DNA of 64,000 bases. Source: Octopus bimaculoides (lineage: Eukaryota). A program made the translations under genes and the position numbers. How positions within the stretch are numbered: the stretch's first letter is position 1; each line of letters opens with the position of its first letter. The notes beneath the pieces were generated by a model. The model was not told where the DNA came from. It did no database searches and worked only from the letters and a program-made list of their open reading frames with translations. The stretch covers positions 16,684,834 to 16,748,833 of the forward strand of contig NC_068998.1 of assembly GCF_001194135.2 (NCBI RefSeq). Direction: 5' to 3'. Positions 13,965 through 25,027 of this stretch are shown here, piece after piece.

Positions 13965-16900
13965 CACACACACATACATACATATGGATGGGGAAATTAC
14001 ATAACTGTCTGTAAGACACATAATGGCTTCTATTAACATAGAAATGTATACTTAGAGAAACATTTTAGCCATAATATAAGAAACCATCAAAGAGGATAAA
14101 GAAAGAAATGAAAGATACAATGAGGACAGAGTACGGTACAAATATCTGAGAAGCATGCACAATATGAGAGAGTAATGTTAGTTCAGCAAGTCTGGATCAA
14201 GAAGAGGTTTTCTTTTTTTGTTTTTTTTTTTAACAACTTAAGTCAATGTTTCATAGTTGACCTGTTGCTGTCGAATGGGAGACAAGACACAAGCAGACAA
14301 TGACTAAAACAACATATAGGACATAAGTACAACTTACCTGGCTGTACAGCATGTAAGGCTGCATCAAAGAAATACAGTAAAGAAATAACATTCGTTTTAT
14401 TTACACAGTTTGGACAAGTAAGGGTTATATGGAGAAAAATAAATACATATACGGCAATAGGAATCAAAAGAGGGCTTTTGTTAAATAGTCAGGAATAATG
14501 AGACAATTTTCTACACATCATCAAATTATTCTTTTACTGGTTCCAGTCATTAGACCATATCATCCTACTCATTTAAGCCCTACACTCCCAATAGAGCGTA
14601 GACCATTGACAACAGGAAAAGCCCCCGGCCCATCAGGAATCACTGCTGAGATGCTTAAAACATCTGGTGGTGTGGGCTATGGCCTAGTTACCTGCATTGT
14701 AAACCATGTAGTTTATGATGGAGTCATACCCAATGACTGGCATAACAGCACTATAGTCAACTGCAACAAGGGTAAAGGTGATGCTTTAGATAGAAATAAC
14801 TACAGGGGTATCAAACTGCTGGATCAGGTGATGAAGGTCATGGAGAGGGTCATAGTCCATCTCATTAGGGAGAGAGTCTGCTTAGATGAGATGCAGTTCG
14901 TTTTTGTGCTGGGTAGAAGCACCACTGATGCTATATTCCTGGTTCGACAACTGCAGGAGAAATACCTAGCTAAAGATAAACCCCTATACTTGACTTTTGT
15001 GGACTTGGAGAAAGCCTTTGACAAGGTCCTCCAATGCCTTATCTGGTGGGCAATGTGGAAACTGGGGATTGATGAATGGTTAATAAGGGCTGTACAGGCT
15101 CTATACAGAGATGCCGTTAGTAAGGTTAGGATTGGCAATGAGTATAGTATAGAATTCTGGGTAGAAGTAGGGATCCACCAAGGATCAACTCTCAGTCTCC
15201 TTTTATTCATCATAGTCCTCCAGGCAATAACAGAAGAATTCAAGGTGGGTTGTTCCTGGGAGCTCCTCTATGCTGATGGCCTGGCCCTTATAGTAGAATC
15301 ACGATCAGAAGTGGAGAAGAAATTTCAGGTGTAGAAGCAAGGTTTAGAATCAAAAGGCCTTAGAGTCAATGTAGCAAAGACCAAAGTTCTAGTAAGTAGG
15401 AAGGCGAACTCATCACACACCCTCAGGTAGGTGGCCCTGCTCGATTTGTAGAAAAGGTGTAGGTAGAAACTCCATAAGATGTACCCAATGTAAGCTATGA
15501 ACACATAAGAGGTGGGACTGCACCTAGAAAGTTCCCCTACGAGGCACAAGTCCGGGCAAGGTTGTTTATGGAAGACCAGCAGTCGCCCATGCATACCAGC
15601 CTCCTCTCTCCATGCCACCAATGTTATCCAAGGGAAAGGCAAAGGCTGATACAGCTTGGCACCAGTGATGTTACAACTCATTTCTACAGCTGAGTGAACT
15701 GGAACAACATGAAATAAAGTGTTTTGCTTAAGAACACAATACACAGCACAGTCCTAGAATCGAATTCACTACCTCATGATTGTGAGACTGACGCTCTAAC
15801 CACAGCCACGCGCCTTCACTAAGGAGGTCTATAAATAATATCAAATTATGGTAAAGTAATTTTTTTTGGCTCACTCCATATACACATATGCATTCACAAA
15901 CACACACACACACACAGACAAAAACATGCACATAACTTGCATACATACATTCACACACACACATTAGGACACTTATCATCGCAGAAACGTATTGGATTGG
16001 AATTAGATGCTTTGTTATACACTCTGTATGTTGTATGAAATGCAATGATGTGAACTCTTTACCAATCGAGTGAAGTACAGTTCAATTGTTTATCTTAAAC
16101 GATTCTGAATACGCCTCATCATTCGATCTGGTTAGCCAGATCTGGATTATATCAGAGTACTCACAAAGTACCTACCCGAATTCCAAATCCCAATTCTTTA
16201 ATGTTACATGCACGGGCGCACACACACACACACACATGCATGCACTCAAGTGTGCACACATATATATATATACATACAAGTATATATATATACATACATA
16301 AATATATATATACATATGCACACATATATATAAGGCTAGCGGAGTTAGATGTTAAAATAATTGTCTAAGGGATAAAAATATCCATTATACTATCAGTATA
16401 TTACCTATATTTAAACATGGGAAAACATGTTATGCTCATAAATTATAGGCAAAGAAGGATAAACAGGAGTTTATCAGGAATCAAAATTTAAAGAAAACAG
16501 AAAATGGAGATAATATTGATGAACAACAATTGATTTTCATCAATTATTATTTATTGATTATTTACAAAAAGATTGCTAGATGGCTATTAGATGGGATGCA
16601 GTCTTTTTGTAAATAATTAATAAATAAAAATTGATGCAAATCAATTGTTGTTCATCAATATTATTTCCATTTTCTGTTTTCTTTAAATACACACACACAC
16701 ATATATATATACACACATACATATATACATGTACACATACACAATATAGGTAGTTAGGTAAAATTCGTCTGTCTTCCATGCTGGCATGGGTGGGACAATT
16801 TCTAATAGGAAATTCCTTACATGTCCATCTAACATGTTAAACTCTATGACTCCTATTAGCAAATGAAATGCATGTAATGGTGATTAATAATAGCAAAAAA

Positions 16901-18795
16901 TTTCCAATTTCCTGCTTTGTTTGTTTTGTTATATATATATTTTATTTTATTTATTTATGTGTTTCAGCCAAGTGGCTGCGGTCATGCTGGTGCACCACAT
17001 GGAGATATATATTTTAGTGTTAGTGGTAATAGAGAATCTAAAGGAACCAAATTTCATGCCATGATAAAGCACCAAAAAAGATGTGGACAAGCTGGAAACA
17101 AAAAAATGTTGAAATTAAGTTAGTTATTATCTGTTATGGTACACTAATTCATATTCCTTTGATTAGAAATCTTACCTGCTTCTCAAAACTACTGAATCAA
17201 GTTAAAACGATGTACAGCTAAAATATGTTGACTTATATGTCAAGGATTCCGTATCAGGCGCAATAATGTTTAAAACCACAAAAAAGATCGGAATATAATT
17301 GATGTTGTTGTGGTTTTGCCTCAGGACAGCCCTGCTGAAGTAAATCTATAATGAAAATGAACCAGCTATGATCATAACATCATCTTTTCAGACAATGTTT
17401 CTAGAACTACTGTCCGGAACTTCCATTTTAAGATAGTGATGTATGATCTGAAGTGAATTTGACTGCTATTGTTACCGAGTCATAACACAATGTAGAGGTT
17501 CCTTTGTTGATGTATTGAGAATTGATATTTTATTGCTAGGAATGTTTGTCATAAGATGACAGGAGACAATTTAAGTAAATGTATTTTATATGATCTAATT
17601 GTTGATATGCTGGAATGAAAAGTTAGATTAAACTTGATTTGTATCTTCACTGAAAACACAAAGCTGCCATCAGCTACTCAATAGTAAAAACTCTTACAGG
17701 CTTTGAGGAAATGTCTAGTCCATTTAGGTTTCTAATCATGACAATGCCAGTAGATTTCAAAGGCATAAAATTGAAGATGTATTAGTAATATATTTGAGGT
17801 TAGAGTTTGCAGCTCTTTCTGTGTCAAGCAAATTGCATTGAAGCCCTATTCATGAAGCCTGGGATCTATGTAGCTAGTACTAGTTAACTGTAGTAATTAT
17901 ATATTGGTTTCAGATTTTGGCACAAAGCCAGCAATATTGGGGGAGGGATGAAGCTGATTCCTTGGTGGAATTTGAACTCAGAATATAAAGATCGGTGAAC
18001 TACCATTAAGTATTTTGCCCAGTGTGCTAACGATTCTGCCAGCTTCCTGCCTTAACTGTAGTAATTATATATTAATACAAGCTACCAAATTTTCTTGTGA
18101 ATAAGTTGCCTCCCTAATTTAGAGTTAAATCTTGGAACAAAATTTTTTCCTTACATAGTTTTAGCTTTGCCCTATGTCTGAGTTGCACCCCAGTTTTTTG
18201 TTTTTTTAAATCAAATATAAAATAGTGTGACTTACACAAGAACAGATATGGTAATTATATTTCTTAAAGAAATTGATACTAAACACAAACAAAGAAAAAA
18301 AAAAAAAAGAAAACATTATTTTTCAAAAACAACCATGCTCTCGTCTTACCTGTGTTGTATCATGGCTGCTAGGGCCTAACCGACAGGTAAGTTCATTGAA
18401 CTTCTCTTCAACTTCAGGTTCTGGTTTGGTTCGAAGGTATACAGGAACAACTTCATGATTGAAAATCATTAATCGGCCTTCAGTTAGTTTCTACAAAAGA
18501 CAATACAGTAAAAGAAGTTAAAAACTCTTAAATTGCTGAGCAATTTCTATCCAACTGTGTAGTCAAGTTTACTCCTTTGTTACTCATATTCATGTATGCA
18601 CAGTTATGTAAGCATATAACTGTGCCTACATATAGTAAATCTATTATTACAGATGTGGCAGGTTGTCTAAAGATCACATCAATTCATCCCATGTGTTTAT
18701 TTCTAATTTTAAATGTCATTTGAAGTTATTGTGTAAATAAGTGTACACTAATTCATTTACAAATGTATAAATATACAAAATGACATATGTATTTG

Positions 18796-18828
<33 letters not shown>

Positions 18829-21800
18829 GTACTTCATGTATATATGCATTTCATTTAGATCTGTGGTTCTCAATCATCTTTTAGCTACTGACCCTTTTCA
18901 TTCTTATTTTTCTTAGATGGATCTTCATAGCCATTTGATGTTCAAAAAATCCCATTGTAAAATCAGGTCATGTGTGGGTATCGCTCTCACTATATATTAC
19001 TAAATAATGCACATAAAGGTTTATTTGTTAGTTCAGAAAAACGAGATTTCTTAAAATTAAATAATCCTATAATGCCAATTATATTCATTACCTCATTAGT
19101 AGGTAAGTAGGGGGTCATTATATTTAATATGCAAAAGCCATTGTAGAATTAAATAAACAGAGAGGAAAAAATATTAGCTGACATACAGTCAACATCATCA
19201 TCATCGTTTGACGTCTGTTTTCCATGCTGGCATGGGTTGGACGGTTCGACTGGGGTCTGGGAAGCCAGGAGGCTGCATCAGGCTCCAGTCTGATCTGGCA
19301 GTGTTTCTACAGATGGATGCCCTTGCTAACGCCAACCACTCTGAGAGTGTAGTGGGTGCTTTTTACGTGCCACTGGCACAGGGGCCAGAGGGGTCTAGCA
19401 ATGACCACGATCGGTTGGTGCTTTTTATGTGCCACCGACACGGAAGCCAGTCAAGGCGGCGCTGGCATTGGCCATGTGTGGATGGTCTTTGCAACATTGA
19501 CTCTAAGGCCCTTCGGTTCTAAACCTTGCTTCCACACTTGAAATTTCTTCTATAGTTCTGGTAGTGATTCTGCTATGAGGGCCAGGTCATCAGCATAGAG
19601 GAGCTCCCAGGGGCAACCTGTCTTGAATTCCTCTGTTATTGCCTCGAGGACTATGATGAATAAGTTCACAACAGAGTTTAAAACATTTCTTGTATGGCAT
19701 TTGTAAAATTTTGAAATAAATTTTCAGAACAGAGGGTTAAAAATAACATTAAAAGAAAGGAGCTATCAATCAAGACTATAGTTTCATATATATGATGAAC
19801 AGTTGCTTTCAAATATTTAGAAACATTAAAAAGTTACTTCAAGTTCTGGATCTTTATCTGGAGAAAGAGCAAGTGGAAGCAAGACATAATTCTTCAAAGG
19901 TGGGATTTTTTCACTTTTTAATAATCGTGTCAATGAATTCAGCTGTCCTGAGAGCAAGGCAAAATTATCAAGTGCATTTGGCCTGGAAAAAGAGAGAAGA
20001 AAAAGAAAAAGCAAAGTTGAAACCTGTTCAGGAATATTGGAGATGTAGGAAGACATGGAAACAAAGTAATGAAAAAAAACTGAACAACATGAAAGAGATG
20101 ACAAAAAGATCATAATAGGAGACTCATGGTACTGGAGAGTACGTGCCCACTAATGCCAACATAGCAAAATGGTCATTAAACTAATGATGGTGGTGATGAA
20201 GTTTGGGGTATATATAATTAGGTCTCTTGTCTAATATATTCCTATTAAGTCTCTCTTTGTTCTCCTAATCTATTCACTGTACCACATCACCTGTGAAATA
20301 AAGTCACTGTTTATATTGAATCCATCTTTCATCCCAACTTTGCTTCTCTCTCACCATCTCACTTTATGTCTCAACTCCTTTCATCCACAACAATTCCCAA
20401 GTAAAAAGGAATGGAAATGGATATGTTTGTATTTGGCACTCAATAACATCACCCCTTTCTGCTAACCATCTCTACCCCAAGTAACTCTTCATTGATATTT
20501 ACCAGTTATCATCATCCACATCCATTACTGTCACCTGCTCTCTCTCTTAGCACAACACAACTTCATTGCTATCCCATCATATTGTGCTATTTTTCTTCAA
20601 TCTCCTCTCTAAAACCAAAAGTCAAAGTGTTTATTTAACTTGCAACAATATAAAATCATTTTCTTATTTGACTAATACCAACTACATAAAGTACCAGACA
20701 CTATGAAAGGTGTGTAGCAGAGGCATGATTGTTCTTTACCTTTAGGTATCTGCATTTTGCCTCCTTACCTTTAGATACCCATTTTGGCTCATAACGTGAT
20801 GGTCAAGTTCATTTAGCTTTACGTGGGCTGTCCACCCCTTAATGTGATAGACTAACCAGGTGTCCCTACATCAGCTATTTAAGGGAAGCTTTTTCCCTGC
20901 TTATTCCTTAGGAAGGTGGGTTTGGATTGACATGAGAGCAGTTTATTCCACTTTGTAGCTTCAGCAAGAGCAAAACTGTAGCAGGAATTTCTTGATGCAA
21001 TGCTTAGCATTTTTTTCCAATGTTCATCTTCATTTTCGAGAAACACTTTGAAACTATGTAATGTATTTAACAGATTTTTCACGTTATGCTAGTTGCTGTA
21101 TTTCCATTTAGTGTTGGAATAAATGTTGCAGTCAATTTTATATTGTCTTTATATTTATTGATGTTCGTTATCCTGATTTTTATTTACCCAGAAGATATAT
21201 TACCAGGACTTAAATCACATTGCATCACTTAACATGACACTATGCAAAGTGTTTCACTGTAATTTGCCTGACATTATACCACTGAGTCTCTCCTGTACCA
21301 CTCATATTTTCTTCTTCTCCATCTTATTGGTCATCACTCTTCTATTCATATTCCCTGTCATGTTTCCCATGTAGTCTAGTGGGTAGGATTCCCGACTCTC
21401 ACCCAGGTAGCCTGAGTTTGATTCCCGGTGTGGGAACTGGTTAACTTTGTGTAACCTATGCCAACATGGAAAGCAGACACTAAATGATGATGATGTTTCC
21501 CTCAAGAAGAAAAGAGACAATATAGATTAAAGAAGACATTTTAGCCTTGCAGGGAGACATGGTAACTTCTCTAGTGTTGGTAACCTGATAAAATGTAGCC
21601 AGTACCCATTGTAAAGTGGCTGGCAATTAAACAGAGACAACATAGGACACAGGGGATTCTTTAGTTTTGTTGAGAACATGACAACTTCTGTTGTGCTTAT
21701 GTCATGATAATATGCTCTTTGTACACTTTGTTAAGTGGTTGATGTTAAAAAGGGTATCCTGTCATAGAAATCATGCCAAAATGAATTGAAAAGGCAAGAC

Positions 21801-24456
21801 GTGATCCTTTGACCTGTCCAAAACTGAAGTAACTCCAAATAAGAACTGAATTGGACAGCGATAACACATGAAACCTATGTCAGCATAAAAACATGTTTTG
21901 ATATTCGTCATTTGGTTGTTGATATAACAAATGTAGAAGTATTAAAGAAATCAATAGACCTACATGAACTCAGCATGCAGAAATAGATATAAAAATGATG
22001 AAAATAGAGTCTTCAAAGAGAATCTCTTCATTGTTGCTCAGCCAAATGAAAATAACTGAAAAGAAAGGACACATTAGATAGTGCAATTGTAGATATAAAT
22101 AAAATTATGGGATAATCACAACTGGAACACTTTTGATAAGAAGTCAGTTTGATCAGGGCTGACTTGTGGTTAAACAACAGCCATGAGCTCCATTTTCCTT
22201 TAAAAAGAGAAAACTGGAAAAATTAAATTACTCACCATGACATTGAAGCATATTCATGCTCTATTTTCATCAGAAAACTGTGAATACAATTTTTCAAATC
22301 AGAAATTCTTTGTGTGATTGTATCTAAAGCAGCTTCTAACTGTTTTTCTTCTCGCTATGAAAATCAAATGAAAAATATTTGTTAAAGCATATTTTATGAA
22401 GCCTTTTTCTTGTCAAAAGAAAGGATAAAAGATATTAAAGGATATGTAAATATCCAAATTTGCAAAATAATCTGTTTCCATTCACTATTTTAATATTTGT
22501 TTCCCACTTTCTTTATCATCATCATTGCTGAACCTTACGAAGGAGATAACAGAAGACCGAGATATGTGGCACATTGCTGTACTCGAGAAGACCCAGCCAC
22601 CACAACAGAATTGAGATCCTAAAGCCAAGGTACCACATAAAAAGCATTGATGTGGATGCTGGTATCATGTAAAAAGCACTGGTGATGGTGACATGTAAAA
22701 AGTACCCACTACTCTCAGTAAAGTGGTTGGCTTTAGGAAAGGCATCCAGCTGTAGACACCAAGCCAAAACAGAATATGGAGCCTGGTGCAGACCCTGGCT
22801 TTGCCTGTTACTGTCAACCCATCCAACTCATGCCAGTATGGAAAATGGACATTAAATATTGATAATAATGATGATCATCATCGTTTTAACATCTACTTTT
22901 CTATGCTTGCATGGGTTAGATAGAATTTTGTGAAATTTTCAATGGCCAGATGGCTTTCCTGTCACCAAGCAAAGAAATATTACTCCATGGTTGCGACATG
23001 TTCAGGTAAAATATTGGAAATGAATGGCACTCTTTTACTACAATTATGCAATATCAAGACAAACACACACACATATGTATTTATGGTGGGATTCTTTCAG
23101 ATCTCATCTACTAAATCCACTCATGAGGCCTGGGGTAATAGTAGAAGAAATTTGTCAAAAGTGTCATGCAGTGGGACTGAATCGCCTAAGGTTTGTCCAT
23201 AAATGGCATGTAGCTTCATTTTAAGGAATATCATCTGAAATTCTTTGTATTAAGTTTTCGTCAAGAGCAAGACTCATGAATTTTATGTGTACTGCGATAA
23301 AGTGAATGTACAATTGTTTACCCGTTTTGCTTTATATGATGAAGTGTTAGGGATAGAGAAATTATGTGAGAATATGACGGAAAGTGCTTTAGCATTTTAT
23401 TTAGCTTTACAAAGCAAGGGATCACTCGTAAATTTGATAACCGGAAGTGGCCGCTGACAAATGTAGCGAAATTTCAAGCAGAAATAAAGTTAGTTTACAA
23501 TTCTACAAGAGCAAAATACACATTTTAAACTAAAGTATCAAAACAAAATCCAGTAAGGTAAAATGAAAACAAACAAAATTAACCAAAGTCAATATTCAAT
23601 GTTGAAATAAATATCGAAAGTAAACTATTTCGAGTTTTTACAGGATAGAGCGAATATTTCTAATTTTGGCATAACTACTGAAAGTTATGACCTCCCAANN
23701 NNNNNNNNTTTATTGTTTACAATTACTTTTCATGAAAAGAAAACAAATACAAATAATTTAACAATATTAATAAATCCGAATTTCCACATGTACTATGCTA
23801 CATGATTTGCATGGACTATACCAGTTATGTTTTATTTACATCTATTTATATATAAATATAAATTGTACTCAGTAAAAATGATTGTTTTATCATGCAATTC
23901 AAAATGCACAAACGATATACTCCAATTCAAAAGCAGAGCTTTATTTTAATTTAAACTTTAGAAGATATCGCAGCTTCAACTTTAGTATTGTAAATTGCAG
24001 CGTGTTTATGTCACACATTTATACGCAGCCTTGTTAATAGCAAGTTTAGCTCCTGGTGGGTAATAAAGAGATCATTGTTAATAGCAAGTCACATCTAAGA
24101 TGCAGTGGTCGAAACACTATCTCTAAAGAGTTTAATAGCATTTTCCGTTTAATTTACCATGTATAATAGATCAACGGAACAGATCAACGGAAGTTTATTA
24201 AAATGAACTGAATAAATGGTTTTTCAAACGTTTTTTTTTACGACTTTTGAACATAACAGTCATAACTGCTTCAGAAACTTCTCATGGGATCCATATGTAA
24301 GCAAAATGATGAATCGGATAAAACCTATTACCGATGATGCTTAGATAATTCAACTGGAGTGAGAAAACTGAGAGAAATAATATATATATATTTATATATA
24401 AGATATACTATTAAAGAATCTGAGATAATAATAGTGTGAGCAATAATTACCTGCAT
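5202..24456 (-). CDS. MED8: Mediator of RNA polymerase II transcription subunit 8, complete spliced CDS (7 exons, 744 nt, 247 aa)
   Basis: complement(join 24451-24456, 22236-22354, 19838-19982, 18350-18490, 7364-7448, 6280-6444, 5202-5284). All introns are GT-AG with matching phases. Protein [119 protein letters not shown]...[21 protein letters not shown] matches the recognised MED8 motifs (MQREEKQLE, [12 protein letters not shown], TEGR..FxHEVVP.xLRTKP, IKTNIKxAS.HPYQR). Confidence 0.96.
6280..6444 (-). CDS. MED8: MED8 exon 6
   Basis: ag|(N)[34 protein letters not shown]...QKPP|gtaagt, 165 nt. Confidence 0.92.
7364..7448 (-). CDS. MED8: MED8 exon 5
   Basis: poly-T tract, ag|[28 protein letters not shown]|gtaagt, 85 nt. 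Confidence 0.93.
7555..7840. mobile_element. piggyBac-type MITE family B
   Basis: TTAACCCATTACCT ... AGGTAATGGGTTAA, a perfect 14-bp inverted match including TTAA. Confidence 0.75.
8427..8664. repeat. Minisatellite, 7 units of 33-37 bp
   Basis: Consensus about GACTCAGACCACAAAGAGTCAACAAATATAGCACT. Confidence 0.85.
12130..12440 (+). mobile_element. RTE LINE ORF C-terminus plus start of 3' UTR
   Basis: Translates ..[27 protein letters not shown], followed by TTGCGAAGACCTGTTGAG, which is also seen at 53780-53900. Confidence 0.7.
13756..13985. repeat. (TA)n/(CA)n microsatellite with N gap
   Basis: Direct reading; other microsatellites at about 11708-11770, 27689-27742, 29310-29490, 45645-45695, 48520-48573, 55950-56008. 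Confidence 0.95.
14611..15510 (+). mobile_element. RTE-clade LINE reverse transcriptase fragment (5'-truncated, inactive)
   Basis: ORF 14498-15334: [53 protein letters not shown] (catalytic YADD mutated). A stop follows, then continued RTE-like frame ([19 protein letters not shown]). Confidence 0.9.
15515..15819 (-). mobile_element. tRNA-headed SINE
   Basis: Minus strand begins GTGAAGGCGCGTGGCTGTGGTTAGAGCG..GAATTCGATTC (A and B boxes). Related decayed copies near 35700-35930, 39340-39510, 40240-40570. Confidence 0.75.
16487..16687. repeat. 201-bp fold-back (90-bp arms, 21-nt loop), TTAA|AG..CT|TTAA ends
   Basis: 16487-16576 and the reverse complement of 16598-16687 match at 85 of 90 positions. 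Confidence 0.9.
18350..18490 (-). CDS. MED8: MED8 exon 4
   Basis: ag|[47 protein letters not shown]|gtaaga, 141 nt. Confidence 0.95.
19195..19670 (-). mobile_element. Internally deleted RTE copy (3' tail fused to RT segment)
   Basis: 19490-19670 is the reverse complement of the RT segment seen at about 15200-15385 (intact YADD here), joined directly to a 3'-end segment at 19195-19480. Confidence 0.7.
19838..19982 (-). CDS. MED8: MED8 exon 3
   Basis: ag|(W)[48 protein letters not shown]|gtaact, 145 nt. Confidence 0.95.
21365..21436 (+). pseudogene. tRNA-Glu(CTC)-derived pseudogene
   Basis: 72 nt TCCCATGTAGTCTAGTGGGTAGGATTCCCGACTCTCACCCAGGTAGCCTGAGTTTGATTCCCGGTGTGGGAA, colinear with eukaryotic tRNA-Glu; anticodon CTC at 21398-21400. 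T-loop is TTTGA rather than TTCGA, the anticodon stem is mismatched and there is no clear T4 terminator. Confidence 0.75.
22236..22354 (-). CDS. MED8: MED8 exon 2
   Basis: ag|[39 protein letters not shown](W)|gtgag, 119 nt. Confidence 0.95.
23440..23449 (+). promoter_or_regulatory. ETS/GABP-type motif ACCGGAAGTG in MED8 intron 1
   Basis: Exact consensus in a CpG-retaining zone about 1 kb from the promoter. Function is inferred. Confidence 0.35.
24451..24456 (-). CDS. MED8: MED8 coding exon 1 (ATGCAG, MQ)
   Basis: Minus strand reads ATG CAG|gtaatt and supplies the MQ that precedes REEKQLE, phase 0. Confidence 0.85.
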
Positions 24457-24709
24457 GCTGATCTGTCGGGTAAATAATACCGTTTATAAGTTTCATTACT
24501 TCCGGTGTGCTGTAAGAGAGGAGAGTTCAGCGGATGTTGTTACTGTCATCACATGATTGACAAAATGGATGTCGTCTCAGACGATTCGATGGGTTGAGAA
24601 TATTAAACAGGATTATTTATAAACTACCTGGGCACAGTTTTGTGTCTCCAGTGAAATTCAGTAAGATAGAAAAAAAAACTAAAAAAAGAAAAAAACAAAC
24701 TTGCTTACA
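24457..24709. promoter_or_regulatory. Bidirectional promoter and 5' leaders shared by MED8 and SZT2
   Basis: 253 bp between two divergent ATGs. Contains an ETS-type ACTTCCGG (24498-24505), TCACATGA (24549-24556) and retained CpGs. Confidence 0.75.
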
Positions 24710-24751
24710 ATGGATGAAACAGATGAAGCTAGAAGCTTTGACGGAGACCAA
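24710..24751 (+). CDS. SZT2: SZT2 probable coding exon 1 ([14 protein letters not shown])
   Basis: ACAATGG start context, ends CAA|gtaaca in phase 0, matching exon 2. Short acidic N-terminus; homology alone is weak. Confidence 0.6.
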
Positions 24752-24995
24752 GTAACAATATTTTCCTTCTCTCTCCCTTATTGTCTAGCAAATGTTTATT
24801 TCGTAACATTCCTCTGCAGAAGGTTGTACCATGCCGATACAAGTCCTTTTCTGGTGTTTATTTGTCTGTCATAAATAAGACAGCTATCTGTTCTGTTTTG
24901 TCCTGCAGACGAAATTAAATTAGAATGTTGTGATCACGTTAATGAAATGCTATGTTTTCATTCAACATCATATACACATACACACGCACAGGTGA

Positions 24996-25027
<32 letters not shown>

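Noticed and set aside
13565-14039. Cluster of ORFs rich in YI/IY/CV
   Set aside because: Translations of (TA)n/(CA)n microsatellite and an N gap.
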